NCBI GenBank assembly: GCA_010093815.1
Contig: ML996580.1
DNA from: Pseudovirgaria hyperparasitica
Lineage: Eukaryota
Length of the DNA stretch: 64,000 nucleotides
Strand: one strand, 5' to 3'
Made by a program: the position numbers and the translations under genes. Each line of letters opens with the position of its first letter. Within the stretch, counting starts at the first letter, position 1. Positions 11,153 through 22,626 of the stretch are shown here, in pieces. The notes below the pieces were generated by a model that was given only the letters and a program-made list of their open reading frames with translations, had not been told where the DNA came from and made no database searches.

Positions 11153-14100
11153 ATGTTTGCGTCATTGCTGAGGCGTGGTCGCAAACGCCGTGCATCTGAG
11201 CATTCGCCATACTCCTCGCCCTACATGAGCCGTGTTCTTGACGATCGACAAGATGGTGAGGACGCGTCTGACAACGGAGGTCCTGCTGGCGATGACTATG
11301 GCGTCGACGACGAGGACGAAGAGGACGAGCCTCTGCTGCCCATCTTCTCTTCTGAGCATCTCGGTATCATCCTCCTTTCTGCTACTTCAATAGTCCATTG
11401 CTAACCCACCCCTTAGATCGTCTACCTACATACAATACCACACACTCGTTGAGAATGCTAGTGATGCAGAAATGTGAGACCACAATCTCGTGGGATCAGC
11501 TGCGCTCTCCGCAGGTCTCGCAATTCCTCGTCAAGCCCATCCAGCAGCAGATTCGCGCCTCCTTCTTCACTAGAGCCACCCTTTACGCCCTGATAAGCAA
11601 TTGCCTACAATTTGAAAAGGAAGCACAGACAAACCCTGGCAATATGGGCGTAAGTCAGACAAGAGCTGTGCTGTGTGAGCTGCTAGCAGTACGTTTGCTC
11701 AAGGAATACTCGACGCGAGAACTCATAGATGCTCTATTCTATGACTTCGACCCGCTCCAAGGTTTGCAAAATCCGGCCACCGGTCGAGTGAGCTCAAACA
11801 CTGCTAGATTGACTCGCATTTCTACCATCGAGATTGCAATCCGAGCCCAAGCAAAGAAGTTCCTAGCACATCCACTCATTGTACAACAGCTAGAGGCTGT
11901 GTGGGCAGGTACCATAGTCTTTCACTCAGCCGCAGATTATTTGCATCGAAAGCCTCCTAAGCAAAGAGCAACTGGACAACGAGACTACGGCACTCTTGCC
12001 AACAGTAACTCGAACCAAACTCCTTCTAAACCGAGTACTACTGCCACCGCTCTAATGAATCAGGCTGTCTCCTCGAGCAACCCAGAATTTGTCCGTCGCT
12101 CAGTCACCCTCTATGATCCGCATGATGCCTCACTGTTCAAGTTATCACGTTTACGTGTCCCGCGTTATCGCCAGCTGTTTTCGACCTTCTCGTTTGCTGT
12201 CATGCTTGGCCTCTTTGTTGCCGTGTTGGCGCAGAAGTCGCTGGACATCACTGCCCTCGAAGTGGTATTCTGGTTCTGGAGTGCTGGCTTCATGCTTGAC
12301 GAAGTCGTGGGTTTCACTGAGCAAGGTTTCGGCCTGTATATCATGAGTGTCTGGAACGCTTTCGACCTGGGCATTTTGCTCTTGTTCGTCGTGTATTATG
12401 TGTTAAGACTGTACGGAATTATCATGCCAGATGCCCGGAAACACCATGTTGCATCGATGGCTTACGATGTTCTTGGCTCTACTGCTGTGCTTCTATTCCC
12501 AAGACTGTTCTCCGTCCTGGATCATTACCGATACTTCTCCCAGCTTCTGATCGCTTTCCGCATGATGGCGCTCGACCTTGCCGCAGTGCTGATCTTGATT
12601 CTCATTAGCTGCAGTGGCTTCTTCGTGGCATTTACATTGTCCTTTAGCGACGAGATTCCTAATGCAGGCAGTGCGGCATATGCACTGTTTCAGATGCTAA
12701 TGGTAATTCAAATCACTTGTGCAGAGATAATCTAGCTAACATGTCTTTCAAGGGCTTCACACCAGCAGCATGGGACATCTGGGAGAACTACAACCCGTTG
12801 GGCAAAGCGATATTGACGTTGTTCCTCATAATATGCCATTTTCTCATCGTTACCATTCTCATCACTGTATGTACTATTGTCTCGTTGGCGATACATTGAC
12901 TGACCGTGCAAGGTGTTAACAAATTCATTCATGGCAATTGTACGGAATGCTAACGAAGAACATCAATTTCTTTTTGCCGTCAACGCCATCTCCATGGTCA
13001 AGTCAGACGCCTTATTCTCATACGTAGCACCGACCAACGTTCTTGGATGGCTATTATCACCTCTGCGGCACGCCATGCCGTTCCGACAATACGTGAAGAT
13101 GAATCGAACCTTGATCAAGATCACACATTTTGGAATCCTCTTCTTTATCTTCCTCTACGAAAGACTCGTTCTCGCACGCCGCACCGAGGGACCAACCGAT
13201 CTCGTGGAGCAACGCGGACGCCAACCCCACAGGATACCCGCCTTCAGCATTCGCGGCAACGATCTATTCAGTCCACACATTAGAGAACCATCAATGGCCA
13301 CTTTCCGGCAAGATCGGGCGCTCGAGGAGGTCTTCCGTCGACCTTTTCGAGGTGACACTATCAAGCAATCTCCTGCGCCCCAAGATCTCCAAAGACGATC
13401 GACGCATGTTGTGCATGACTGGATGCAACGCGCTGATAATGAAGGCGGTGCATCACCACCACTTGAGCAACCGAGGTCTGTCCTCGATCGATTAGAGACC
13501 CGCCGCGCAAAACAGCGTCGCACAAAAACAGTTGACCGTTTGCCTATGAGGTTCCCACGTATACAAAGATCTTTCACGTCGGATCCCGAGGATCTAAAAG
13601 CTAAGCCTGTTGAAGATCCCATCTTAGAAGTGGACGAACCTGATGTGATTATGGGCAAGCCTCTCGAAGGAGAAGAAGGCGAGGATGGAGATGACGAGTT
13701 GATCACGCTTGATGACGATATCGATGATCAGAACGACGAGGCATCAGACAAGGAGATAGCGCTTGGTGAAAAGGACCATGATGGCTCAGGCTCCGAAGAC
13801 TATTTCCGAACGCCAGCGACGTCCAAGCACAAGTCGCCAAAATTTCCTGGCTCGATGGAATCAAGAACTCTGTCATCCTCTTATCGACCTGGTGGGCATA
13901 CCAGGAATATCTCGACCAATACCATCCTCTACGTGCCGAGTATCGCTCCAGCCAGCATCCAGCCAAAGCTACCTTCCCACCCACGTTCCATATCCCCGAA
14001 CAAACGGCCACCAACGGCACGGCCATCTACTCGGGCTGGCACAGGTACTCGAACGCCAGTCCGCCATGGACAGATGGCAGAACCAGTCCGCTCGAAACCG

Positions 14101-14709
14101 CGCCCAATCATGCCTGAACGTGACAATTTCCAGACTACACCGACTTCCGCAACGTTTATACACCTCAACGCCCGCGACAGGATCCCATCGATGAATGCAC
14201 GGGCTCTGGACTTGGCATCAGATATTGGAGACAATCGGCACGTTCCCGACAATCTATTGGGAGGTATGGCTGCTAGCTTTGGAACGCAGATGGAATACGC
14301 ACAAAGACAGAAACAAGAGGAGGGGAAGATGGTTGACCGGATTATGCTTGCCCGCATGGGTCAGCTGGAGGAAGGCTTCCGAGAAGTGGTCCGGGAAGTC
14401 AAGGAATGGCGCGTACGAGACAGCAAGACGGCGAGCAAGGCCACGAGTATAAGGAGCAGCATTGGCGACACAAGTGCGAATCAGTCAGCTGTACTTACCG
14501 GCCTGCAGCTGCAAAGACGGAAGAGCAAGAAAGAGAAGGGAAAGGCCAAGATGGGGTCGAGGAAAGAGAGCACAGACACTGTTGTGCACCCACAAGAAGC
14601 TGCCCACGACGAAAATAAGGTGCCGCCGTCTGTCACTGACCAGGCCATGCAAAACTCACCAACCGACGGCTCGAATTACTCCATGCCAGGAGAGCGATCG
14701 TCAGTCTGA
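11153..14709 (+). CDS. TRP-family (Yvc1/TRPY-related) cation channel with long disordered C-terminus
   Basis: WDQLRSPQVSQFLVKP, KKFLAHPLIVQQLEAVWAG, SRLRVPRYRQ, multiple TM helices, pore-region GFTPAAW and ILITVLTNSF...NANEEHQFLFA. Introns 11364-11416, 12703-12752 and 12867-12912. Confidence 0.8.
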
Positions 14710-15893
14710 GGGGCCTAGGTCAAGCAAGCATCATATCGGCGTTCGGAATATCATCGCATGCATTATCGGCGTTGGAGCAATAATTTTCTGCATTTGACTT
14801 TGAGACATGGATGTCTGTGTCCCGAAATTGACGAGCTACAACTCAGTCTTTGCAACAGTCAACAGTTTGCTATTAGCGAGGTCGATCTGCAGGGATCATG
14901 TACAAACACGTCTGTCTGTATCGGGGCACTGTTTCGCATATATATCGATTAGCGACACATGTTAAAGTAATATAATTCTTACATATTCTCAAGATCCACC
15001 TTGGCCGAGGACTGACTGTATTGTAGTGGATTGCAGTGGATACCTGAGTCGTCACGTGCTGATCATTGCTGCCGGACATTTCCGAAGTTTGTTCCCAAGG
15101 TTTATTGAATGGAAGGTCACTTCGCCCATCGCCCAGTACACGAATACGTGTATTTGCTCTTGGGGCAAAGCCGCAGCTTCGCACACCATTTACTCTATAT
15201 CTCCTCTCTCGACATGATCTCCAGCGACTGCGTATCGTGCCTTTGTGTGCACCACATATACACACCCTTCAAGGCATTACGCATAGTCATGCAATATCAG
15301 CACTACGCGACATGGGACTGATTGACCGCCTCGGACCACTGAACCACTGGGCCTCCCTTGCACGTCAAGATAAGCAGCGTCCAACCGCATGCAGAAGGCC
15401 TCCATAAGCGCGTCCTATCCATAAGTTAGGCGGCATATTAGTGTAGCAAAGAGCTTGTGCCAAACGAGGCATCTGGCAAAAAGTTGCAGGACTATATATC
15501 ACTATGGGGACAACAGTCTCTTATACTTGACCCGCTGTGGCTCCTTCTTATCTAATAGCGGCAGGCACCGATCGACGGCTAAGGCAGGTGGTCGATGCGG
15601 AGCTTGTGTCCGAAACGGAAGGTAGCCGATCGCGCTATACCGCGATAGGAAACACTGTAAATGCTTAGTCTGTTCGGCGGCTGTGATTGGCTGGTGTGAG
15701 GAACAGCCATCCTAGGGATTCGCCGCCGCGTGTGTATAGTTACGTCGTCTGTTTGGTTGTGTGTTGTGGGTGAGTGGGCGAGAGGCAAAGGTATTTAAAT
15801 ACCCTACGTTGTTCCCGCCTCGCTTTCTCCTAATCACTCTTCACGGGCCCATATCTATTCAGTCTTCACTTCTTGTCGCACTCAAGAGTCAAG

Positions 15894-17336
15894 ATGAAGT
15901 ACTCGCTGATTGCATCGCTCATCCTGCAGAGCACACTCGTGCTCGCTGAGCTTCTTCCTGTACACTTCACTGCACCCAGCGCCGCACATTTCCAGGCCCT
16001 CGTCGCAAACGACACATTCGACTTTGGCTGCCGTGCCGTCGCACACCCGCTCGAGGATGGCCGCTTCAAGCTGCGCGCCTTCTTGACCGAGGAGCAGATC
16101 TCCCATGTGCAGAGCGAGTATGACCAACTCTCTGACATCAAACTGGTCCGCGAGACGCCCTTCAGCAAGCGTGCTGCCACCGCACCGATTGGCACGGGCG
16201 ATCGCTTCAGTGGCGGGACAATTGCCCCGAGTGGGCTGGGCACAAAGGCAGCAGGCAGCACGATTGCGAGCATCATGAACGTAAACGAGATTGGCAGCGC
16301 GCTCAAGGGCCTCAACAGCGTGTACGGCGTCAACCTAATCACCCTTCCCTATAAGACCTTCAACGGCGCAACCCAGACGGCCGGCTACGTGGGCGCCGGC
16401 ACCGACAAGAGCAATTACCACCTGTACTTCAGCGCCGGCGTGCACGCCCGCGAGCGCGGCGGACCGGACAATATCATCTACTGGATCTCGGACCTGCTCG
16501 CCGCGCAAAAGGCCGGGTCCGGCCTGACATACGGCAAGAAGACCTACACCAACGCCCAAGTCACCACCATCCTCAACGCCGGCATCGTCTTCTTCCCGCT
16601 CGTCAACCCGGACGGCGTCACATACGACCAATCCACCGGCTCCAACTGGCGCAAGAACCGCAACACAAAGTCCGGCTCCAGCGGCGCCGCCGTCGGCGTC
16701 GACATCAACCGCAACTTCGACTTCCTGTGGAACTTTCCCAAGTACTTTGACTCGTCCACCGCGCCGGCCTCGACCTCGCCCAGCTCCGAAACCTTCTACG
16801 GCACCGCCGCCGCCTCGGAGCCCGAGACGAAGAACCACGTCTCCATCTACGACTCCTTCCCCAAGATCCGCTGGTTCATGGACATCCACTCCGCCGTCGG
16901 CGACGTGCTCTACAGCTGGGGCGACGACGACGACCAATCCACCACCTCCACCATGAACTTCCTCAACTCCGCCTACGACGGCAAGCGCGGCCCCACCGGC
17001 GACTCCACATACAAGGAATACATCCCCGCCACCGATCTGACCAATATCCGCTCCGTCGCTACCGCAATGGTGAACTCCATGAAGGCCGTTGGGGGCCGCT
17101 CGTATTCGGCGCAGCAGGCGGTCGGTCTGTATGCGACTTCGGGCGCGAGTGATGATTACTCGTTCAGTAGGTATTGGGCTAAGAGTGGGGTTAATAAGGT
17201 GTATGGGTATACGTTGGAGTTTGCGCCTTCGGGCAACTTCTATCCCACCGCTGCGGAGTTTAATACTAATATCTTGGATACGAATGCTGGGTTTATGGAT
17301 TGGGCGCTGCAGGCTATTGCGATTGGTGTGGAGTAA
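15894..17336 (+). CDS. Secreted zinc carboxypeptidase (M14 family), intronless
   Basis: Signal peptide MKYSLIASLILQSTLVLA, propeptide ending in KR, zinc and catalytic motifs HARE, NPDG, WRKNR, GVDINRNF, DIHS and YTLEF. Confidence 0.93.
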   Translation: MKYSLIASLILQSTLVLAELLPVHFTAPSAAHFQALVANDTFDFGCRAVAHPLEDGRFKLRAFLTEEQISHVQSEYDQLSDIKLVRETPFSKRAATAPIGTGDRFSGGTIAPSGLGTKAAGSTIASIMNVNEIGSALKGLNSVYGVNLITLPYKTFNGATQTAGYVGAGTDKSNYHLYFSAGVHARERGGPDNIIYWISDLLAAQKAGSGLTYGKKTYTNAQVTTILNAGIVFFPLVNPDGVTYDQSTGSNWRKNRNTKSGSSGAAVGVDINRNFDFLWNFPKYFDSSTAPASTSPSSETFYGTAAASEPETKNHVSIYDSFPKIRWFMDIHSAVGDVLYSWGDDDDQSTTSTMNFLNSAYDGKRGPTGDSTYKEYIPATDLTNIRSVATAMVNSMKAVGGRSYSAQQAVGLYATSGASDDYSFSRYWAKSGVNKVYGYTLEFAPSGNFYPTAAEFNTNILDTNAGFMDWALQAIAIGVE

Positions 17337-17780
17337 GGGGGTGCGTGTGGTTGGGTGTGTGGTCTGTTGATGATGATGATGATAGAGTTGTTGTTGCACG
17401 AGCGTGGCGTTCAGGGGACGGGGAACGTGGGTGGTGGTGCTGAAGAGTGCGGCGATGGTCGCTATTTCTATTACGTTCTGTGTTGTTCTAGGGCTGTTTG
17501 AGGAGTGTTTCTTGAGCATCTCATATTGCATTGGCGGCGAATGGTCTGGCTTCGTGGGACGCAGTTTGAATGGCATGTGGAGATGTGTGTCAGCAGTGTC
17601 TGGTGCATTCATGTAAATAAGCAATCAACAACAGAGTTCTTTTTCCCATTCATCACATTCCTATCCCTATATACACCACCACATCACACCTCGCATTACC
17701 CATGTCATCATAACATCATCATCACCTCAATTCCCTCAACAAACCCTATATACACCACCACAACACAACACACCCACCCA

Positions 17781-19242
17781 TCACGGCGCCTGCCCATTCG
17801 CCGCATACGCCTTAATCGGCGGCTCCCCATCCGCCTTGGGCTGAAACGCAAGGATATTCAACGCGGCAATCGGAATAAGCGCATACGTCGCAAAGATATC
17901 CGCCAAGCTCAGCCCATCCGCCGCAAACCGCTCACACGCCATATTCGTATCCACGCGGCTCAGCTGTCCGGGCCCGGCATGCGTCAGCGCATCCTTGGCC
18001 AGCTCATAGCCCAGCGCATTGATAATCACGCCCTCGTGGTCGTTGATCGGCAGGCCGCCGGGCAGCAAGGCAGTGCAAACGCTCTGCAGCTCGACGTTTG
18101 TGACGCCGACGCCGCGTGCGTCGAGGCTGGCGGCGGAGGCAATGGGGTCGGATTGCGGCTGGACGATCTCGTCGAAGATGCTGTAGATGCTTGTGGTGGG
18201 GACGTATGCGGAGTCGCCGCCGTTGGCGCGCAGCACGTTGATGAACTTCGAGTCGTACTCTTGCTGTGCGATGGCGGGCGTGCAGCCAGGTGTTGTGAAG
18301 CCCGGGCACAGTAGGCGCGCGAAGACGGTGCCGTGCAAATCTGCGGAGAGGCGGATTGCGTCGGACACGCGGGAGCGGGTGGAGGGCCAGTACTTGAAGG
18401 CCCACTGCGAGTCGAGGCTGCCGGCGGACCAGGAGATGGTGGAGACGTTGACGTTGTTTGAGATGGCGGAGATGTAGTTTATTGCGTAGGCGGTGTATTC
18501 GGCGGCGCCCTGGATGTCGGCGAGGTTCTGGCCGGGCAGGTTGAGGTAGACTGGGTCGGCGATGTTGTCGCGCTTGAGCAGTTTGCCGTAGTTGGGGCCG
18601 AAGTTTTGGCCGGCGAGGGCGGCGGTGCCGGGGAGGAAGATTACGGGTGGGATGCGGCCGTAGGTGAAGTCGGGGGGGGATGTAGATTGCTTTGCGGAGG
18701 TCGGACTCGGAGATGTCGTAGGGGGCGTCGCGGGGGTCGGCTTTGGGGTAGATGGGGCGGGCTGGGCGGCGGAGGTTGATGTTGTTTGTGTTGCTCTGTA
18801 TCCATGGTGTTAGTCATGTTGGGGGAATTGTGATTGTCAGGGGCCGGGAGGGGGATATGCTTACCGCGAACACGTAGGCGTTGAAAATGGTGAGGAAGTC
18901 CTGGCCAGAGAAGCCATTGAGGATGATCTGGGCACCATATTCAAAAATGTCCTTGGGGTTGGCGGCCGTGATCTTCTTGAAGTCTTCGGCCAGCTCGGCG
19001 GTGCTGTTTGGGGATGCGAGCGGAACAATTGCGTTCAGCAGAGCAGCGCCGGCCACAGCACCGAGTCCAAGGTATTGGGCATCGGTGTAGAGATCATTCA
19101 GCGCCTTGCTCAAATCCTCCTGGCTCTTGATAGGGGCGAAAGAGGGAGCAGCAGCAGCATCTCTTGCGTCCACCGGCGAAGCTGGGATGGTGCTCGAAGC
19201 GGCGAGGCCAGCCAGCAAGGGGATCGATATGAATGAACGCAT
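17781..19242 (-). pseudogene. Secreted CALB (lipase B)-like lipase; as sequenced it carries a +1 frameshift (pseudogene or homopolymer error)
   Basis: Signal peptide and intron 18796-18864. Exon 2 reads IYPKADPRDAPY...AIYIPP, then continues in another frame as DFTYGRIPPVIFLPGT...ISWSAGS...WAFKYWPS...DLHGT...DEIVQPQ...HEGV...EPPIKAYA. Exon 2 is 1015 nt (3n+1), with a G8 run at 18672-18679 where 7 is needed. Confidence 0.85.
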
Positions 19243-21319
19243 ATTGTTGACAAAGTCTTGGACCGTAGACGAGACGAGTTCGATGGCGTTTTCGGTGGAA
19301 CTTCCGCTCTGCGAAGCGACAGGGGCGCAACGAAGGATTTATAGTAAATCCCCTCAATTTTTGAGGCCGACGATGATGGCGTACGCCGCGTTAAAATTGA
19401 ATTGAGCCATGGGCGGCCTATGGGATAGTGCACACGCCGCGCGTTACGTGCCATATTCTAGAGAGAAGTCTACACATCGACGGCCTCGCGGCTTGTGATT
19501 TAGAACAATTGATCTGCTGGATTTGCCAGGCACATGTCTGTATTTCGGGCCTCGATTTCTCCAACGCTTGCGGCACAGCTGCATCCGGCCATGACCATGC
19601 CTTGTCGAGCCTACAGCCTACAGCAGGAAGATGAACAGCTCGATATGACGGGCTGGGTAGGATAATAGAATTAAGCTTATGTGTAAGTGATCTGCAACTT
19701 AATTTTAGCAGTTGTTCGTTGGACTGCCTTCCCCACAATCCGTGACAGCAGCCGTCCAATCACAGGGATCGAAGAAGTAAAGATGCCGAGGATACACATG
19801 CCCACACTGGAAGAATCCGGGGTAGACTAACCTGCTTTGGTCTACTGTACTTTGCTAAGCAGTAGTGTAATGGTACGCTTATTACACAGACGCGGTCTTA
19901 GAGATCGGCATCCTGCTACTGTACTATAGTAGATCTCTTATTAGACTAGTCAACAGTAATCGACGGTGGGGCTGTGCTCTAAGTGCAGTAAGATTGACAG
20001 CTCGAGGCAGCCAGGAACAACTGCATAGAGCGCAAGGACATCATGGACTGGAGGCGGGGCGGGTGGCTTGCCATGTTATAGTCTTAGAGGAGCTCAAATA
20101 TGACTGTGCGGAGTTATCGCCGATAATATAGTGTCGCATTGCTATCCGTTACTTTTGTGTCTACGACGTATCAAGCCTCTGAACGGCAGGGATCGAATAC
20201 GTGCTACGCGGTGCGGTGTATTGCCTAACACTCGACAAGAGGCAACTGTTAGCGGCGGTAATGCAGCAGGGAGAAAAGAGGCAAGGCGGGTATGGAAGGT
20301 TGAGGGATTTCGGGAGAAGTGATATTCAATTGTCCCTCCCGCATTGTACTAGACTGAAGAGGTGTAACAAAGTATGCCTCGAAGCGGAATCATGTGGTGT
20401 TGTCGATAGTCGTTGTCATGCTCGGTAATGCAACAGTCTTGAGAAGCACGAAAAGATTGCCAGGGCCAAGGAAGAAGGATCCCATTGTAGTTTGGGAGGT
20501 CAATTCCATAGGTCGAGCCGTTCGCTAGCTCCGAGTTGATGCTATAGGTAGCACTGCCAATCCGCTCCATCGACAACTTGGCTTCGGGCCTGTTCTGCTG
20601 GTGATCATGGTGATAGGGCCGGCAGTAGTATTATTCGCAGTCGATAAGGTCTGGACGTCGTCCTCGTTGCTGGCTCCTCGTCTGCGCCGAACAAGTATGG
20701 TGGATTCCGGACACGATCAGACCAGGAAAGATGATCGCCGCCAACATCGTAAAGAAAGTTGACTCACACATGTGGACGACGTCTGAGACGAGACGTCCTC
20801 CCGACCGTGCCGAACCATCATTACTGGTACTGTATCGATTCATTGCTTTCCGCGGGCCAGCTTAATGTGAATGTGATTTTCCAATTGTGTAGCTAGGTAT
20901 GACATGCTACTAATGCCGTTCTCATTCATTGTCAACAAAGGAGTGGCATCAAAGCCTTCCAGCAGTGTCGACCGATTGGTCCTTGTGTCATGACTGTCGC
21001 CCATTACAATCCTCCCGAGACGTCCTGCAACGTCCGAAGACTGTGAAACTTTCATTCGAGACATTTGTAATTTTCTGACTTGTGATTGAGCAATAGGAAA
21101 TAGCATACAAGGTGAAGAGTGTACTGCTGTCCGTGGTAAAGTTATCTCTACGTGGGTGACTGGCGATGTGATCTGTATTGTTCGAATTGTCGGCGTCATA
21201 GATCCAACTGGTTTGTATCTTTTCAGATCGCAATTTCCCAGAGGACTGCTGGGACACCTGATGACAGTCATCCTGCGCACATGAATGTAGTTTGCACAGT
21301 CTTGCATACAGTTCGTCTG

Positions 21320-21580
21320 CTACGGTCATTGAGTCCCCCTCGTAGTCCATATCTAGGAATACAGCGAAGATCTCGCCAGTCGAGTTCGTCTGACGGAACT
21401 TTCCATAGAAACAGTTGGTGATGCTGAATCCAGTAGTCGACTTGGAAACGGATCAAGAGGTAGTGAAGCGCTCGTCGTTGGCCCACGTGTGTGTATGTAG
21501 CCCGTGGAGCCACAGCAGACATTGGTCTTGTCGCATACTGCATGCGGAAGCGATCGAGCCGAGTCGCATGTTTTCATGCA
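21320..21580 (-). pseudogene. Possible highly decayed HET-domain gene fragment
   Basis: Short pieces in different minus frames, in HET-like order: KTC...H.VC, PSRLLD, LFLW...DELDW, MD-YEGDSMTVA. No intact ORF. Confidence 0.25.
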
Positions 21581-22626
21581 TCCCAGCTAGGCAGCAAGAG
21601 TGTAGGCGACCTTGACAGTCGATCCTTGATAATTGCACTGCTAAAACACAGTGTTTTGGAATCATCTGCCACTATCACCATATATTCAGCGGTTGCATAT
21701 AATGGAATGGGCCGAGGTTCGACTGTACCTGTGACATTGATGAGAGGAAGAATGACTTGAACACTGAACAATATGACCATGTTCACGTAATGTGAGAGGA
21801 AGGTTAATGAACGGTGTGGAAGGCTAATTTCTCGAGACATCTTACCAGGATAGATGCTCCATCTTCTTGAACAAGATGTCCGATAAATCTTGCTTGCATT
21901 CCGGCCATGAGTCATGGGAATACGGGTATAGGTAACTGCTGTGAACGATGCAAGATCAAAGCCTCTAATAGCAATACAGGTGTTGTCCAACTAGAGCAAT
22001 GACTATTGCGCATATTTTTGTATCTGCTGGGTCTGGTAATGGATTGAGACTTAGCCAAGGCATCATAGATGACATAGATAAGTTCTGTGGGCGAGATGGG
22101 TAAAGTCCAGCTTCATCAGAAACAAAGGCCAGTAGCGGGATTCATCTATACTGTTCTAGGAAAGGTTTACACGTGCATCGGATCGTTAGCGTGCTCATCC
22201 GATCATCCGATGCCGGCACCGGCGCAGAGACCTCGCTTCATGGGATGAAAGAATCTTCGAACACCTTCATGCTACAGTTTGCTCCAGATGCATTTCGACA
22301 CCATCTCTATATATCTCTTTGCTCAACGTGGTGGCATCAGAACGCGTGTCGTATAGCCTGTATGTGTGCACTCCCCCAACCGCACCACACGCTGATGTTG
22401 GGCAGACATATCAAATGACAAACGATATCGTCGAGCTTCGGGTAGCTAGATCGTGTACGTGCTCGAATGAACCACGTCAACAGGACTTACCTGCATTGGT
22501 TTGACCAGGTCATGTGTCTGGAAAACGTCTAGGTGTCAACATCTAGGCCTGATCGAGCCATAAGAACATCAATTTTGGAAGGGAATATGCTTCAAGTCAT
22601 TCTTTTGACAAGTACACACTTCAATC

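Noticed and set aside
16335..17624. 429-aa antisense ORF over the carboxypeptidase (similar cases at 837-1517, 17505-18314, 25506-26225 and 62962-63609)
   Set aside because: Shadow ORFs produced by GC-biased codon usage of the real gene, with no motifs.
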